From a bacterium (lineage in GTDB: Bacteria; Arandabacterota; Arandabacteria; Arandabacterales; JALGWA01), in the NCBI GenBank assembly GCA_050125095.1, contig JASFEA010000001.1:1389-65388 (forward strand): a stretch of DNA of 64,000 nt, written 5' to 3'. A model generated the notes under the pieces. It did not search any database, was not told where the DNA came from, and saw nothing but the letters and a program-made list of their open reading frames with translations. Shown one piece after another: positions 63,118 through 64,000 of the stretch. Position 1 is the first letter of the stretch. Every line of letters starts with the position of its first letter. The translations under genes and the position numbers were made by a program.

Positions 63118-64000
63118 AGTCAGGATCGACATGAGCTCCTCGGAGGGTGCTGTCGCCTTCCTGAAGCACCTGCTTGGGTCCGGCAAGGTGAGCGCCATTC
63201 TCACGATGCGGAAGAATCCGGGCACGGGGGCCTATGACATAGGTCTTATCGCCGATGAGGCCGGCCTCGATAATGCGGCGCCGGTCGCCCCGGTGATGGT
63301 GGCCAATACCGGACGGGTTCTCTCCTCGCTGACGCCCGCGGCGAAGCCCCTGGCAGTGATGCTGAAGCCCTGCGAACTCCGCGCGTTTGTGGAGCGCGTT
63401 AAGCGGGACCAGGGTTCATTCGAGAACCTGCTGATCATATCCTATACATGCGGAGGGGTTTTCCCTCTGGATGAGGCCATCGGGGAGCACTTCCAGGATT
63501 CGATTCCCGATTATTTCAGACGCGTCGCCTCGGGCGAGATCGTAGAAGGCGTTCGGGAGACCTGCAAGGCATGCGAGCACTTTGTGCCCACCTGCGCCGA
63601 CGTGACCATCTCCATAGCGGGCGACCGGGATTCGACCTCGGGCTGCTCCATTTACCTCAATACCGACAGGGCCAGGGAAATGGCGGAAGGCCTCGAAGGA
63701 AAGCAGTCGGACGACGAATTCGATCCAGCCGTGACTGCGGAACTGGCCGTGAAGCGGACGGCGGAGAAGAAAAAGGTCTTTGATTCCCTCGCTCCGGCCG
63801 GTGACGGCCTGGACGGTCTTATAGAGATTTTCGGGAAGTGCGTGGGATGCCACGGTTGCGGGCACGTCTGCCCCATCTGTTACTGCGTCCTGTGTGATTT
63901 TGAATCGCATAGCTTCGATTACAATCTGCCCTACTTCGAAAAGGAGCTCTCCGAGAAGGGTTCCCTGAGGCTGCCGCCCGACACGATTTTCTTCCACCTG
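63110..64000 (+). CDS. Second FrhB/FdhB-family Fe-S flavoprotein, 3'-truncated by the window end
   Basis: The ATG at 63110 overlaps the upstream stop (ATGAGTAG). The in-frame ORF stays open to position 64000. Contains CKACEHFVPTCADV and CVGCHGCGHVCPICYC. Absent from the ORF track because no stop falls in the window. Confidence 0.7.
   Translation, partial: MSRVRIDMSSSEGAVAFLKHLLGSGKVSAILTMRKNPGTGAYDIGLIADEAGLDNAAPVAPVMVANTGRVLSSLTPAAKPLAVMLKPCELRAFVERVKRDQGSFENLLIISYTCGGVFPLDEAIGEHFQDSIPDYFRRVASGEIVEGVRETCKACEHFVPTCADVTISIAGDRDSTSGCSIYLNTDRAREMAEGLEGKQSDDEFDPAVTAELAVKRTAEKKKVFDSLAPAGDGLDGLIEIFGKCVGCHGCGHVCPICYCVLCDFESHSFDYNLPYFEKELSEKGSLRLPPDTIFFHL

Noticed and set aside
1-64000. tRNA, rRNA, CRISPR, transposase or integrase genes
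   Set aside because: No cloverleaf-like or rRNA-like segments, no repeat-spacer arrays and no transposase or integrase ORFs were seen in any intergenic region or frame. The only degraded gene is the RND remnant.

Overview
High-GC (~62%) bacterial chromosomal segment, gene-dense on both strands, with no rRNA, tRNA, CRISPR or transposase genes. The gene content points to a diderm organism: a complete tol-pal cluster (tolQ-tolR-tolA-tolB-pal-cpoB), many predicted lipoproteins and beta-barrel outer-membrane proteins, and a gingipain-type protease carrying a T9SS-style C-terminal sorting domain. Promoters appear to use the pattern TTGACR-N16-18-TAGNNT, and AGGAGG-type ribosome-binding sites are present. 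The likely source is an uncultured lineage. The window has four parts. (1) 0-5 kb: a YpeA-like acetyltransferase, a LolD/MacB-type ABC ATPase with an FtsX permease, a glycosyltransferase-deacetylase fusion and a methyltransferase. (2) 5-18.5 kb: an envelope-protein region containing four DUF4136 lipoprotein paralogs, two of them in duplicated lipoprotein plus small-OMP cassettes, an RND-pump gene remnant, and a 789-aa repeat-rich protein. (3) 18.5-37.7 kb: exported hydrolases (EEP nuclease, alpha/beta hydrolase, sulfatase-like, C25 peptidase), a GT-C glycosyltransferase, an Isf-like flavoprotein, UspA, butyrate kinase and an EamA transporter. (4) 37.7-64 kb: the tol-pal cluster, then a ~22 kb sulfur/redox super-locus. 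That locus runs hdrC-hdrB-hdrA with soluble SdhB/SdhA-like subunits, an EF-G paralog lacking the catalytic histidine, an ArsR regulator, TusA, YeeE/YedE, three rhodaneses (one catalytically dead) around an OprO/P-type anion porin, then DsrE-TusA-MvhD-HdrA-HdrA-FrhB-FrhB, continuing past the window end. This sulfur-relay plus heterodisulfide-reductase-like assembly is the best candidate for an undescribed system here. A short dispersed repeat (GGGGTCAGGTCT-GAAATGCRCA) occurs immediately downstream of two unrelated genes.
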